Notes: generated by a model from the sequence alone, not told the origin. Positions 25,862-34,642 are shown, numbered from the stretch's first letter. The stretch: DNA of 38,530 bases from an uncultured Clostridia bacterium (GCA_947570515.1 CANOUM010000001.1:1-38530); one strand, 5' to 3'. Made by a program: numbers and translations.

Positions 25862-27742
25862 ATGGAGATAACAACAAACGGTATGCAGCTTTCCATCAAT
25901 GAAAGCACATTGGGAATTACCATGGCAGCAAACGGAGCGGTATGGATGACGGAGTCCTCCTTTAGACCCCATATTGCCTATCAGGAAGAAACAGTTTATT
26001 TTGATCAGGCAGCGCAGATTCGGCATGAGAGGTGGCAGACCGGCGTAGGCTGCGGTGTGATCAGTCATTATGAAGGCTTTTCAGGAGCAGCGCAGGGCCT
26101 TAGCTTCGAGACAATTATCTGGACGGAGACAGCGACCGGGGTTATCCGCTGTGAATGGGTGCCGCTTTCCGAGGGGAAAAACACCGTGCAGGCTGTATAC
26201 TGGCCAGGCCCGATGGCCTTTGAGGAGCCCAAAAGCAGCTGGTACACCCTGCTCAACTGGGAGCAGGGAATTCGCATTCCCAATACCTGGCCCGTAGAGA
26301 CTGTCAAGCTGCCGTTTAACGGGATGCTTGGTACCGCAGGTGCCTATATGCCATGGTTTGCACAGGTCAAAGACGGCGAAGGATATCTGGCCATCGCCGA
26401 AACGCCATGGAATGCGGGATATGATATCGATCATCCCGCAGATGGCCCTTATACGCATATGAGCATCCGCTGGGAGCCCAGCCTTGGACATATGAACGAC
26501 CGCCGCGTGCTTCAGTACCGTCTGCTGCATAGCTGCGATCACAACGATATCTGCAAGGCATACAGAGCCTATGCCAAAGAAAAAGGCCTTTTGCGCACCT
26601 TGCGTGAAAAAGCGGCCAAAACACCCAGCGTGGACGATCTGATCGGCTGCTGCTTTGTTCACACCGGCATCAAAACCAAGGTACAGCCCAATTCTGATTT
26701 TTATGATCCGGCAGCGCCGGAAAAAAATGACCACCTGACTCCCTTTGCGGTACGGACTGCTGAGGTTAAGCAGCTGCATGAGGCAGGTGTATCTAAGATG
26801 TATTTGCATCTGGACGGATGGGCGGAGCCGGGATATGACAACCAGCACCCGGATTACAGTCCGGCCTGTGAGGAGGCCGGCGGATGGAGCGCTATGAAGG
26901 AGCTGGCAGATACAATGCATGCATGCGGATATCTGTTTGGAATCCACGATCAGTATCGCGATTATTATCGGGCGGCTGAAAGCTTCGATGAAAACTTTGC
27001 CTGCCGCCTGCCGGATGGCAGTATCCCTGAACATCAGAGATGGGCAGGCGGTCCGCAGTCGTATCTGTGCGGAACGCAGGCGCCCTATTATGTAAAACGG
27101 AATTTCAAGGCGATTGAGGAGGCCGGGATCCAGCTGGACGGTGCTTATCTGGATGTGTTTACCTGCAATGAGGGAGATGAATGCGATCATCCGTGGCACC
27201 GCATGACGCGGCGGGACTGCTATGAATACCGCAATACTTGTTTTGAATTTTTGCTGTCTAAGAATATTCTACCCAGCTCAGAAGAAGTCAATGACTGGGC
27301 GATTCCCAGTTTGGTCTTTTGTCATTATGCACCCTATGATTTTATGCTGGCCGCGCCCGGATCGCCAAAGCACGGTATTGCACTGCCGCTGTTTAATTTG
27401 GTTTATCATGACTGTGTGATTGAACCGTGGATGATGGACAAAGTCAGTGAAGATGACGATTATATGCTGTATGCCTTGTTAAACGGAGGAGCGCCGTATC
27501 TGCGGCGTGATGCGGCATATCCGAATTTTGACGGTGCCTTTGACGGAGCAGAAAAGCTGCAGCTGGAGGAGGATATTCAGCGCTGCCGCCTTGTGTCAGA
27601 ACTTCATGAAAAGGTAGCGAAGGCAGAAATGCTGCGCTGCGAGCTGTTGGCAGAGGACGGAAGCAAGCAGCGGACTATCTTCAGCGATGGTACGCGGGTG
27701 ACGGTCGATTTTGCACAGCAGACATATCAGGTTGAAATGTGA
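25862..27742 (+). CDS. Putative cytoplasmic glycoside hydrolase-like protein (TIM-barrel type; possibly DUF5696-like)
   Basis: 626 aa with no signal peptide. The segment YLHLDGWAEPGYDNQHPDY...GYLFGIHDQYRDYY...GAYLDVF resembles glycosidase-like barrels. The family assignment is from memory and uncertain. Confidence 0.4.
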   Translation: MEITTNGMQLSINESTLGITMAANGAVWMTESSFRPHIAYQEETVYFDQAAQIRHERWQTGVGCGVISHYEGFSGAAQGLSFETIIWTETATGVIRCEWVPLSEGKNTVQAVYWPGPMAFEEPKSSWYTLLNWEQGIRIPNTWPVETVKLPFNGMLGTAGAYMPWFAQVKDGEGYLAIAETPWNAGYDIDHPADGPYTHMSIRWEPSLGHMNDRRVLQYRLLHSCDHNDICKAYRAYAKEKGLLRTLREKAAKTPSVDDLIGCCFVHTGIKTKVQPNSDFYDPAAPEKNDHLTPFAVRTAEVKQLHEAGVSKMYLHLDGWAEPGYDNQHPDYSPACEEAGGWSAMKELADTMHACGYLFGIHDQYRDYYRAAESFDENFACRLPDGSIPEHQRWAGGPQSYLCGTQAPYYVKRNFKAIEEAGIQLDGAYLDVFTCNEGDECDHPWHRMTRRDCYEYRNTCFEFLLSKNILPSSEEVNDWAIPSLVFCHYAPYDFMLAAPGSPKHGIALPLFNLVYHDCVIEPWMMDKVSEDDDYMLYALLNGGAPYLRRDAAYPNFDGAFDGAEKLQLEEDIQRCRLVSELHEKVAKAEMLRCELLAEDGSKQRTIFSDGTRVTVDFAQQTYQVEM

Positions 27743-27757
27743 CTAAAATGATAGAAA

Positions 27758-27794
27758 ATATAGGGCGAAGCAAAGGCTGCGCCCTATATTTTTT
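27758..27794 (+). terminator. Rho-independent terminator of the 23534-27742 operon
   Basis: ATATAGGGCG (27758-27767) pairs with CGCCCTATAT (27780-27789), followed by a T-run. Confidence 0.8.
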
Positions 27795-27828
27795 GAAAGG
27801 AGGCTTTATATGACAAGACAGAATCTGA

Positions 27829-27913
27829 ATGGATAGAGAAAAAAGAGTAAGGATTGGTAAATTATCACATCTTACCGGCGTGAAGACAGGAACCATCCGT
27901 TTTTATGAAAAAA
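27829..27913 (+). pseudogene. MerR-type HTH remnant (first ~28 codons only)
   Basis: MDREKRVRIGKLSHLTGVKTGTIRFYEK matches the start of the MerR N-terminal helix-turn-helix. After the A6 tract (27908-27913) the frame yields Arg/Lys-rich sequence unlike any MerR protein. Confidence 0.5.
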
Positions 27914-27934
27914 GATGGAGGAGAGGAAGAAAAT

Positions 27935-28834
27935 ATGAATATACAGGATGCGGAAATCTACTTGAAAAAGAATACAAAAAAACAGCTTACAGGAGGAAAA
28001 AGCGGGGCTTTCGTGTATGATATCGGAGGAAGATATGTTTTAAAACAAGTGTATAAAGCAGCGCTTGAAAATGATGAATTATATGAGGCATACCAAAAAG
28101 AAGCCCAGTGGTATGTCTGCAAAGGAGCAGGGCTCAGCTGTCTGCCGGAGGTGCTTGATCTTAGAAATACGAAAGATGAGATTTCCATTTTGATGAAACA
28201 GTACCGCGTACTTTCAAGGCAGAAGATGAATATGAGTTTATTGCAGAAAATTATGAGGGCGCTTGCGCTCGTTCATACCACGAAAATACCGGAGCTGTTA
28301 AAGAAAGAGCAAGCTGGCAGGCAGCTTCTTTCACAAGAGCAGATTCGTATTTCTGCAGATGGGTTGTATGCTGTACTAAAGGAGCATCCGGGTATATTCG
28401 ACGGGAGGCCATTAGAACATATTGCAGAAACTATCAACAAGATCATTTCCTGGCATGGTTTAGAAGAGAATGTGCTGATTCATGGTGATTTTCATTGGGA
28501 TAACCTGCTGATGGATGATCAGGGCAGGATCATCATCTGTGATTGGCAGGGAGTTGGAGTGGGGGCAGCATCAGGGGATCTGAGCTTTTTCCTGGGAAGG
28601 CTGAGAGGAGAGGGAATACAGCTGAAAGAACAGGAGATTCTTGATATCTATGGGCAGGAGATGAGGCAGATTTCCGGAAAAAAGATTACAGGTGAAGAGC
28701 TATATAGACATATTCAGGCCGCCAATGTGATAACTTCCTTCACCTGCTGGTATCAATATCTCCAAGGGAGCAGTGAAGAAAGGGTCAGAGAAATTTATGG
28801 AAAAATGGCGGCAGACAGCGGCTGTTTCTGCTGA
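27935..28834 (+). CDS. Aminoglycoside/choline-kinase-like phosphotransferase (APH family fold)
   Basis: Catalytic loop HGDFHWDNLL (HxDxxxxN) followed by ICDWQGVG. GGAGGAGAGGAAG lies upstream of the ATG at 27935. The alternative start at 27905 is in the same frame. Confidence 0.8.
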   Translation: MNIQDAEIYLKKNTKKQLTGGKSGAFVYDIGGRYVLKQVYKAALENDELYEAYQKEAQWYVCKGAGLSCLPEVLDLRNTKDEISILMKQYRVLSRQKMNMSLLQKIMRALALVHTTKIPELLKKEQAGRQLLSQEQIRISADGLYAVLKEHPGIFDGRPLEHIAETINKIISWHGLEENVLIHGDFHWDNLLMDDQGRIIICDWQGVGVGAASGDLSFFLGRLRGEGIQLKEQEILDIYGQEMRQISGKKITGEELYRHIQAANVITSFTCWYQYLQGSSEERVREIYGKMAADSGCFC

Positions 28835-28909
28835 AATAAAAATGTGTTGTCAATTCACACACGTCTGATATAATAGAATTATGGCAGATTGAAACCAAGC
28901 GGGCTGTAG

Positions 28910-30127
28910 TTATAGCAGACACCAGCGCTCACAAATGGGGCGGAGGATTTCATCTTGCAGCCCCATTTTTTCGATTAGATGCACGATAGTGACGCGAGGC
29001 CGCCCGTCGGTCATATGAGCGAAGCCATAGCGAATCGTTTCGGGCGTAATATGAAGCTCGGAGGGATAAATGGGGCCGCCGGCTTTCAGAATACGGCGTG
29101 CAATGGCATCTTGTTTTGCATACAGGGCATCTGCCTTTTCCTTGAGCTCATCCCAGTGAGCTAAAATGATATCATAGCGAATACCATTCAGTGCCGTTTC
29201 GGGAATCCGTTTTTCTTTAAAAAATTCGTGATATACCTCGCAAGCGATCAGGGTGCCAATGCCGACCTTATCGCCATGAAGATGTGAGGGCTCCTGATGC
29301 TGTATACCATAGTTTTCCCAAGCATGAGAAATCAGATGCTCCATGCCGGAAGCAGGGCGCGAAGTGATGTTAAGCTGCATCGCCAGACTGGAAAGCATCA
29401 GTGCCTCAGCCAAGTTCTGAATCGCATTCGGATCGCGGTCTGCAAGACCAAGACAGGCAGCCTCACAGCGCTCGACAGCGTCCATGGTCAGACGGCAGAT
29501 TTCAGGACAGTAAGCTTCTCCGGTTGCCAGATGCCCCAGATACCAGTCCAGTGTGGCCACATGCTTGCCCTCGATATCGGCAAAGCCTGCGGCGATCATG
29601 GCCTGCGGCGCGGCCGCCATGATATCCAGATCAAAATAGATTGCGTAAGGGGCAGTCGCCGGATAGGTTGTTTTGAAGCTATGGTGAATCAGAGGAGAGT
29701 GGCAGGAGGCAGCGCCATCCATGGAAGGAGCCGTACAGACGTTGATAAAAGGCTTATGGAGAATATGAGCGATATAACGCGTGCTGTCACCAATTGTGCC
29801 TGATCCGAGCGCAATTAAATAGTCAAACGGCTGTGAAGCGGTCTCAATGAGCAGATCCCCCAGTGTATATTCATCCGCCTCCAGGGGCTCATGGGTGAGA
29901 ACATAATGTGGCAGCGTTTGCCAGCTTTGCGGCGCGAGAGGCCATGTGTTGGTATCTGCTACGATGAAAGGCGTACCGGCAAGGTCGCTATTGAAGACCT
30001 CCTGAAGCGCGCCGTGGGCGATTACAAGTTTTTGGGTGTGAATGGTGTGCTGGCGGCCGCAGGAACAGGTAAAAGTACGGCCCGCTAAAGCGGGAATTGA
30101 TTCCGATAAAAAGATAGAGTCAGACAT
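28910..30127 (-). CDS. Iron-containing alcohol dehydrogenase superfamily protein (glycerol-1-phosphate dehydrogenase/AraM-like)
   Basis: 405 aa. Nucleotide-binding GSGTIGDSTRY and metal-ligand-like HLISHAWE...HGDKVG. The subfamily call is tentative. Confidence 0.65.
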   Translation of the reverse strand: MSDSIFLSESIPALAGRTFTCSCGRQHTIHTQKLVIAHGALQEVFNSDLAGTPFIVADTNTWPLAPQSWQTLPHYVLTHEPLEADEYTLGDLLIETASQPFDYLIALGSGTIGDSTRYIAHILHKPFINVCTAPSMDGAASCHSPLIHHSFKTTYPATAPYAIYFDLDIMAAAPQAMIAAGFADIEGKHVATLDWYLGHLATGEAYCPEICRLTMDAVERCEAACLGLADRDPNAIQNLAEALMLSSLAMQLNITSRPASGMEHLISHAWENYGIQHQEPSHLHGDKVGIGTLIACEVYHEFFKEKRIPETALNGIRYDIILAHWDELKEKADALYAKQDAIARRILKAGGPIYPSELHITPETIRYGFAHMTDGRPRVTIVHLIEKMGLQDEILRPICERWCLL

Positions 30128-30200
30128 GGTATAGAGGCTCCTTTATTCGTTTGCCTGATTGTATCATAAAATCAAATAAGAAAAAAGAGGAGATGCGGAT

Positions 30201-31067
30201 ATGTGGCTTATTATGGCTGTTTTATCAGCTTTGTTTGCAGGACTGACATCAATCCTTGCAAAATGCGGAATTAAAAAGACAGATTCAGATGTGGCGACAG
30301 CGCTGCGTACGGTGGTGGTGCTGCTCTTTTCATGGCTGATGGTGTGGATTGTAGGGTCCGGGGACAGTATAGGCGAGATCAGTGCAAAATCGTTTGTATT
30401 TTTAATTTTGTCGGGCCTGGCGACGGGGGCATCCTGGCTGTGTTATTTTAAGGCTTTGTCACTTGGGGACGTGAATCAGGTGGTTCCGATTGATAAGTCG
30501 AGTACCATTCTTTCGGTGCTGCTGGCGATGGCTTTATTTCAGGAGACGGAGCACTGGGGAATTAAGCTGGTCAGTACGGCTATGCTGGCGATGGGCATCT
30601 TTTGGATGATTGAAAAAAAGCAGAGCGGCGCAAAAGGTCAGAATGGGCAGTGGATGATCTATGCTGTGCTTTCTGCTGTATTTGCTGCGCTCACTTCTAT
30701 TTTAGCTAAGCTTGGGATTAGCGGCGTGGAATCAAACCTGGGGACAGCTATCCGAACAGTGGTGGTGCTGGTGATGGCATGGCTGATGGTCGGAGTCAAG
30801 GGCAAGCAGTCGCAGCTGAAAAATATAGATGCCAAAGAGCTGGCTTACATAGGATTGTCGGGGCTGGCAACGGGGGCGTCTTGGCTTTGCTATTATTATG
30901 CGATTCAAAACGGGGTTGTCAGCGTGGTTGTGCCTATTGATAAGCTGAGCGTGGTTGTTACGGTGATTTTTTCGTATTTTGTTTTTAAGGAACGGCTGAG
31001 TAAGAGGGCGCTGGCAGGTCTGCTGCTGATGGTGGCGGGCACACTACTGATGGCGATTGCTGCGTAG
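30201..31067 (+). CDS. EamA/DMT family transporter
   Basis: Two homologous 5-TM halves (LSALFAGLTSILAKCGI / LSAVFAALTSILAKLGI; GLATGASWLCYF / GLATGASWLCYY). Confidence 0.85.
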   Translation: MWLIMAVLSALFAGLTSILAKCGIKKTDSDVATALRTVVVLLFSWLMVWIVGSGDSIGEISAKSFVFLILSGLATGASWLCYFKALSLGDVNQVVPIDKSSTILSVLLAMALFQETEHWGIKLVSTAMLAMGIFWMIEKKQSGAKGQNGQWMIYAVLSAVFAALTSILAKLGISGVESNLGTAIRTVVVLVMAWLMVGVKGKQSQLKNIDAKELAYIGLSGLATGASWLCYYYAIQNGVVSVVVPIDKLSVVVTVIFSYFVFKERLSKRALAGLLLMVAGTLLMAIAA

Positions 31068-31087
31068 GTTAAAATGTAGAACGATCA

Positions 31088-31124
31088 ATACATGCCATGT
31101 ATGCAAAAAAAGAATTGCACCATG
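31088..31124. repeat. Palindromic element related to the 23054-23082 element
   Basis: 31096-31118 (CATGTATGCAAAAAAAGAATTGC) matches the reverse complement of 23060-23082 at 22 of 23 positions. ATACATG-c-CATGTAT (31088-31102) adds a further arm. Confidence 0.85.
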
Positions 31125-31140
31125 GTAGAAATGGAGAAAA

Positions 31141-32043
31141 ATGTGTGATACAATCAGTTTAAAAGCATGCCGGTTATGTCCCAGACAATGCGGGGTCAAT
31201 CGTCTGGAGATGACTGGCTTTTGCGGTGCAGGGGCTGACATGCTCGTGGCAAAGGCAATGCTGCATTTTGGCGAGGAACCCTGTATTGGGGGAGAGGCTG
31301 GAGCAGGCGCCGTGTTTTTTAGCGGCTGCAACCTGCGCTGTGTATTTTGTCAAAATTATGAGATTAGCTGGGAGCATCATGGCTGGCCGGTTTCGGAGCA
31401 AAAGCTGACGGAGATTTTGCTGCGCCTGCAAAAGCAGGGAGCGGCCTGTATCGATTTAGTAAGCCCGACACCGTATACGCTGCAGCTAAAGCGTGTGCTG
31501 GAAGAAGTGAAGCCGAAGCTTCAAATTCCGGTTGTCTACAACTGCGGAGGATATGAAGAATCGGAGGTACTTCGTCAGCTGGAAGGCTTAATCGATGTTT
31601 ATCTTCCGGATCTGAAATATTTTGACAGAGCGGCAGCGGCAAGGTATTGCGGCTGTGCCGATTATTTTGAAAAGGCGCAGGCGGCGCTGCGTGAGATGTA
31701 CCGGCAGGTGGGCGCCTGTAAGCAGGATGAGCAGGGGATGCTCCGAAAAGGGCTTTTGGTGCGGCATCTGATATTGCCGGGGGCTTATAAAGATAGTATG
31801 GAGTTGATGAAATGGCTGGGGACAGCTTTCCCTGAGGGGAGTATTCGTATCAGTCTGCTGAGTCAGTATACGCCGTTTGGGCGGGCGGAGGAGTTTCCGG
31901 AGATTAACCGCCGCGTAACGACATATGAATATGAAAAGGTAATCGATCAGGCGCTTGCGAGCGGGCTGATTGGATACAGACAGGAAAGAAGCTCGTCTAC
32001 GATGGCGCTGCGGCCGGAGTTTGACGGTGAGGGAATTTTATAA
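31141..32043 (+). CDS. Radical SAM protein, PflX/PFL-activase-like (no SPASM domain)
   Basis: CNLRCVFCQN (CX3CX2C) plus the N-terminal Cys motif CRLCPRQCGVNR...GFCG. 300 aa. Confidence 0.85.
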   Translation: MCDTISLKACRLCPRQCGVNRLEMTGFCGAGADMLVAKAMLHFGEEPCIGGEAGAGAVFFSGCNLRCVFCQNYEISWEHHGWPVSEQKLTEILLRLQKQGAACIDLVSPTPYTLQLKRVLEEVKPKLQIPVVYNCGGYEESEVLRQLEGLIDVYLPDLKYFDRAAAARYCGCADYFEKAQAALREMYRQVGACKQDEQGMLRKGLLVRHLILPGAYKDSMELMKWLGTAFPEGSIRISLLSQYTPFGRAEEFPEINRRVTTYEYEKVIDQALASGLIGYRQERSSSTMALRPEFDGEGIL

Positions 32044-32061
32044 AAGGAAGGAGCAAAGAGA

Positions 32062-33513
32062 ATGGCAAAGCGTAAGAATGTGCTGTTGATTTTGTCGGAT
32101 CAGCAGCGGCTGGATACGGTGAGTGCCTATGGCATGAATGATATTGTGAAAACGCCGCATATTGATGAGCTGGCAGCGGAGGGAATGAAGTTTACGAATG
32201 CATACACGACGTCGGCGATCTGTGCGCCGGCCAGAGCCAGTGTCATGACGGGACTGTATCCGCATAAGCATGGTGTGATTGATAATTTTACGGATATCGT
32301 GGAGGGGACACCGCTGTTGGGTGAGTGCATGCGGGAAGCAGGGTATTACTGCGGCTATGCCGGAAAATGGCATGTGTCTCCGTCAAAGACGCCGGAGGAA
32401 TGTGGATTTCATGATGGAAAGCCGTTTATGGGATATGCATTTCCGGGCAGTCAGGTGTTTCGGCATCTGATTTTTAATCAGCCGCCGGATAATGAGCCGA
32501 ATTATTATGAGGAGTACCTGAAGGAGAATGGGTTTGAAGGGACGGATGTGTCGCATGGCTTTTTGGGAGACAATCCGGCGCTGCAGATTCAGGAGATGTT
32601 CTGCAAGCATGAGGGTCCGATTGAGAGTACGATTGAATATTTTGTAGCGCAGGAGACAAAGCGGATTATCGACATTGCGAAGAATCAGGATAAGCCGTTC
32701 TTTATCTGGTCCAATTTCTGGGGGCCGCATAGCCCGAGCATTGTGCCGGAGCCGTATTATTCGATGTATGATCCGGCGAGCATTCCGGAGCATCCGAGCT
32801 ACTGTGAGACGTTTGAGGATAAGCCGTACGGATATTATCTGTCAGAGAAGATGTGGGGCCTTGGAAATTATGGCTGGAAGGGCTTTCAGGAGATTATCGC
32901 CCGCTATTACGGTCATTGTACGATGATCGATGATATGGTGGGAATGATCATTGACAAACTGAAGGAAGAAGGGCTGTATGAGGATACCATCATTATTTAT
33001 AGTGCGGATCACGGCGACTGTCTGGGAGCACACAAGCTGATTGAAAAGGGCGCCTTTACGTTTGAGGAGATCTATCATATTCCGATGGTGGTAAAGGGAG
33101 CCGGCATTAAGGATAATGAAAGCTTTGTCACGCTGCAGGAGCTGATGCCGACGATTCTGGATATTGCCGGCGCGCAGCCGCCGAAACCTGTGGATGGCGA
33201 GAGCATCCTGCCGCTGATGATGGGAGAGAAGGAGAGCAATGGACGCACGGAAGTATACGGAGAATATCATAATCATTTCTATATTGCGCGGCAGCGCATG
33301 GTGCGGGATCATGACTATCAGCTGACGTTTAATGAGAGTGAGCGCGGTGAGCTGTACGATTTGAAGAAGGATCCGTATCAGCTGCATAATGTGTGCTATG
33401 ATCCGGCTTATGCTGAGGTGAAGAAAGAGTATCTGGAGAAGATGTCCCGGTATATGAAAGAGACGAATGATCCGGCTGGCGTTTGGTTCCACCGGATTAA
33501 AGAGTTTTATTGA
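32062..33513 (+). CDS. Cys-type sulfatase (arylsulfatase family), apparently cytoplasmic
   Basis: LLILSDQQR metal-binding start, formylglycine motif CAPARASVMTG (C-x-P-x-R) and SADHGD. No signal peptide. Confidence 0.9.
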   Translation: MAKRKNVLLILSDQQRLDTVSAYGMNDIVKTPHIDELAAEGMKFTNAYTTSAICAPARASVMTGLYPHKHGVIDNFTDIVEGTPLLGECMREAGYYCGYAGKWHVSPSKTPEECGFHDGKPFMGYAFPGSQVFRHLIFNQPPDNEPNYYEEYLKENGFEGTDVSHGFLGDNPALQIQEMFCKHEGPIESTIEYFVAQETKRIIDIAKNQDKPFFIWSNFWGPHSPSIVPEPYYSMYDPASIPEHPSYCETFEDKPYGYYLSEKMWGLGNYGWKGFQEIIARYYGHCTMIDDMVGMIIDKLKEEGLYEDTIIIYSADHGDCLGAHKLIEKGAFTFEEIYHIPMVVKGAGIKDNESFVTLQELMPTILDIAGAQPPKPVDGESILPLMMGEKESNGRTEVYGEYHNHFYIARQRMVRDHDYQLTFNESERGELYDLKKDPYQLHNVCYDPAYAEVKKEYLEKMSRYMKETNDPAGVWFHRIKEFY

Positions 33514-33533
33514 TAAAGGAATAATATACAGTA

Positions 33534-33575
33534 AGAGAGCAAAAGCATCAGATGCTTTTGCTCTCTCGTTTGTTG
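33534..33575. terminator. Bidirectional hairpin terminator (16-bp perfect palindrome)
   Basis: 33534-33549 pairs with 33551-33566 (AGAGAGCAAAAGCATC / GATGCTTTTGCTCTCT), followed by CGTTTGTT. Confidence 0.75.
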
Positions 33576-33585
33576 CGGAAGCAGC

Positions 33586-34182
33586 TTATGTTTGGGGATT
33601 AGCCATATTTTTCATAGGGTCTCCCCATTTTCCGAGATATCTTCCGTCAATGGAAGAATATGTTTCTTCACCCGGACATAGTACTGGGGCGGCCTGCATC
33701 AATCGTTCTGTAAAGGGGATTGTCATATCCAGCAGTTTTTCATCCTGCGTTACATTACGGATTAAACAAAGAAAAATGTCGGATCCATCTCCCATAGGGA
33801 TGGATTCCTTCACTTCCAGTTCAAAACTTACAGGGCTTTCTGCAATGGTTGGCACATCTAATACTTGTCCCCGTTCTACAGCAGGCAGGTATTTCATTTT
33901 ATCAGGGGTGCTTCTGCCATCGGTACACCCATAATAATCTGCCAGAGGCAGCAACTGTTCAGATACGAGATTGGCCGAGAATACACCATTTTTGCGGATC
34001 AAATCCTTGGTCAGCTTCTCCTCGCCTATACAAGTCATTACTCCGAGTCCTTCGGCGAGATGGCAATATCCAAACCAGCAGAAAAGACCAAAATGGGGCT
34101 GCCCGTCTTCCTGCTTTGTGCCATAAAGAAATAATGTCTGTGGGCAGAAATTATTATCAATCTTAGTTTTTATCTTTGCCAT
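33586..34182 (-). CDS. Flavin reductase-like (FMN-binding split-barrel) family protein
   Basis: 198 aa. The pattern ...FSANLVSEQLLPLADYYGCTDGRSTPDKMK... resembles flavin reductase family proteins, from memory. Overlaps the marR stop by 20 nt. Confidence 0.55.
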   Translation of the reverse strand: MAKIKTKIDNNFCPQTLFLYGTKQEDGQPHFGLFCWFGYCHLAEGLGVMTCIGEEKLTKDLIRKNGVFSANLVSEQLLPLADYYGCTDGRSTPDKMKYLPAVERGQVLDVPTIAESPVSFELEVKESIPMGDGSDIFLCLIRNVTQDEKLLDMTIPFTERLMQAAPVLCPGEETYSSIDGRYLGKWGDPMKNMANPQT

Positions 34183-34642
34183 TATGTATATCCTTTCCTT
34201 TTTTCAATGCTTGTTCTGCTCGATCCAGATTGGAAACGATGCGATCAAGATACTGTTCTAATTCTCTGATCTCGGTCTTTTCAAAATCCATAAAAAACAG
34301 ACTGTTCATCTGCTGGGAGACTTGATTATAACGGCTCTCCAATGCACGGGCTTTTGGTGTCAGGCTTATCAGGCTTTGACGCCGATCAGAAGCTGAAATT
34401 TCTCGATAAATTAAACCGTTTTCTTCCATTCTACAAAGCATGACGGTAAGTGTATTTTTGGCTAATCCTGTCTTTTGAGCAAGTTCTACAATAGGAATCC
34501 CTTCACTTTTCCATAACACATAAAGAATATGTCCTTGTGGTCCGTTAAACTCCTCGACGCCGCATGTCTGCAAAAGCCGTTCAAAAACTCTCCCCTGAAT
34601 CTGTTTAATATGGGAAATTAAAAAGCCTGTTCGTGTTTCCAA
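34163..34642 (-). CDS. MarR family transcriptional regulator
   Basis: Winged-helix core GIPIVELAQKTGLAKNTLTVMLCRMEENGLIYREISASDRR. TTG start with GGAAGG upstream. Confidence 0.85.
   Translation of the reverse strand: METRTGFLISHIKQIQGRVFERLLQTCGVEEFNGPQGHILYVLWKSEGIPIVELAQKTGLAKNTLTVMLCRMEENGLIYREISASDRRQSLISLTPKARALESRYNQVSQQMNSLFFMDFEKTEIRELEQYLDRIVSNLDRAEQALKKGKDIHNGKDKN

Noticed and set aside
26081-27199. 372-aa ORF on the minus strand
   Set aside because: It lies entirely antisense to the well-supported 626-aa plus-strand gene. It is Arg/Ile/Leu-rich and low in complexity, as expected for the reverse frame of a GC-balanced gene. It has no RBS and no recognisable motif.
31141-32043. Canonical anaerobic sulfatase-maturating enzyme (anSME)
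   Set aside because: The protein is too short (300 aa) and lacks the C-terminal SPASM Cys cluster pattern. It carries an N-terminal PflX-type Cys motif instead. I therefore reported it as a non-canonical candidate, not as anSME.
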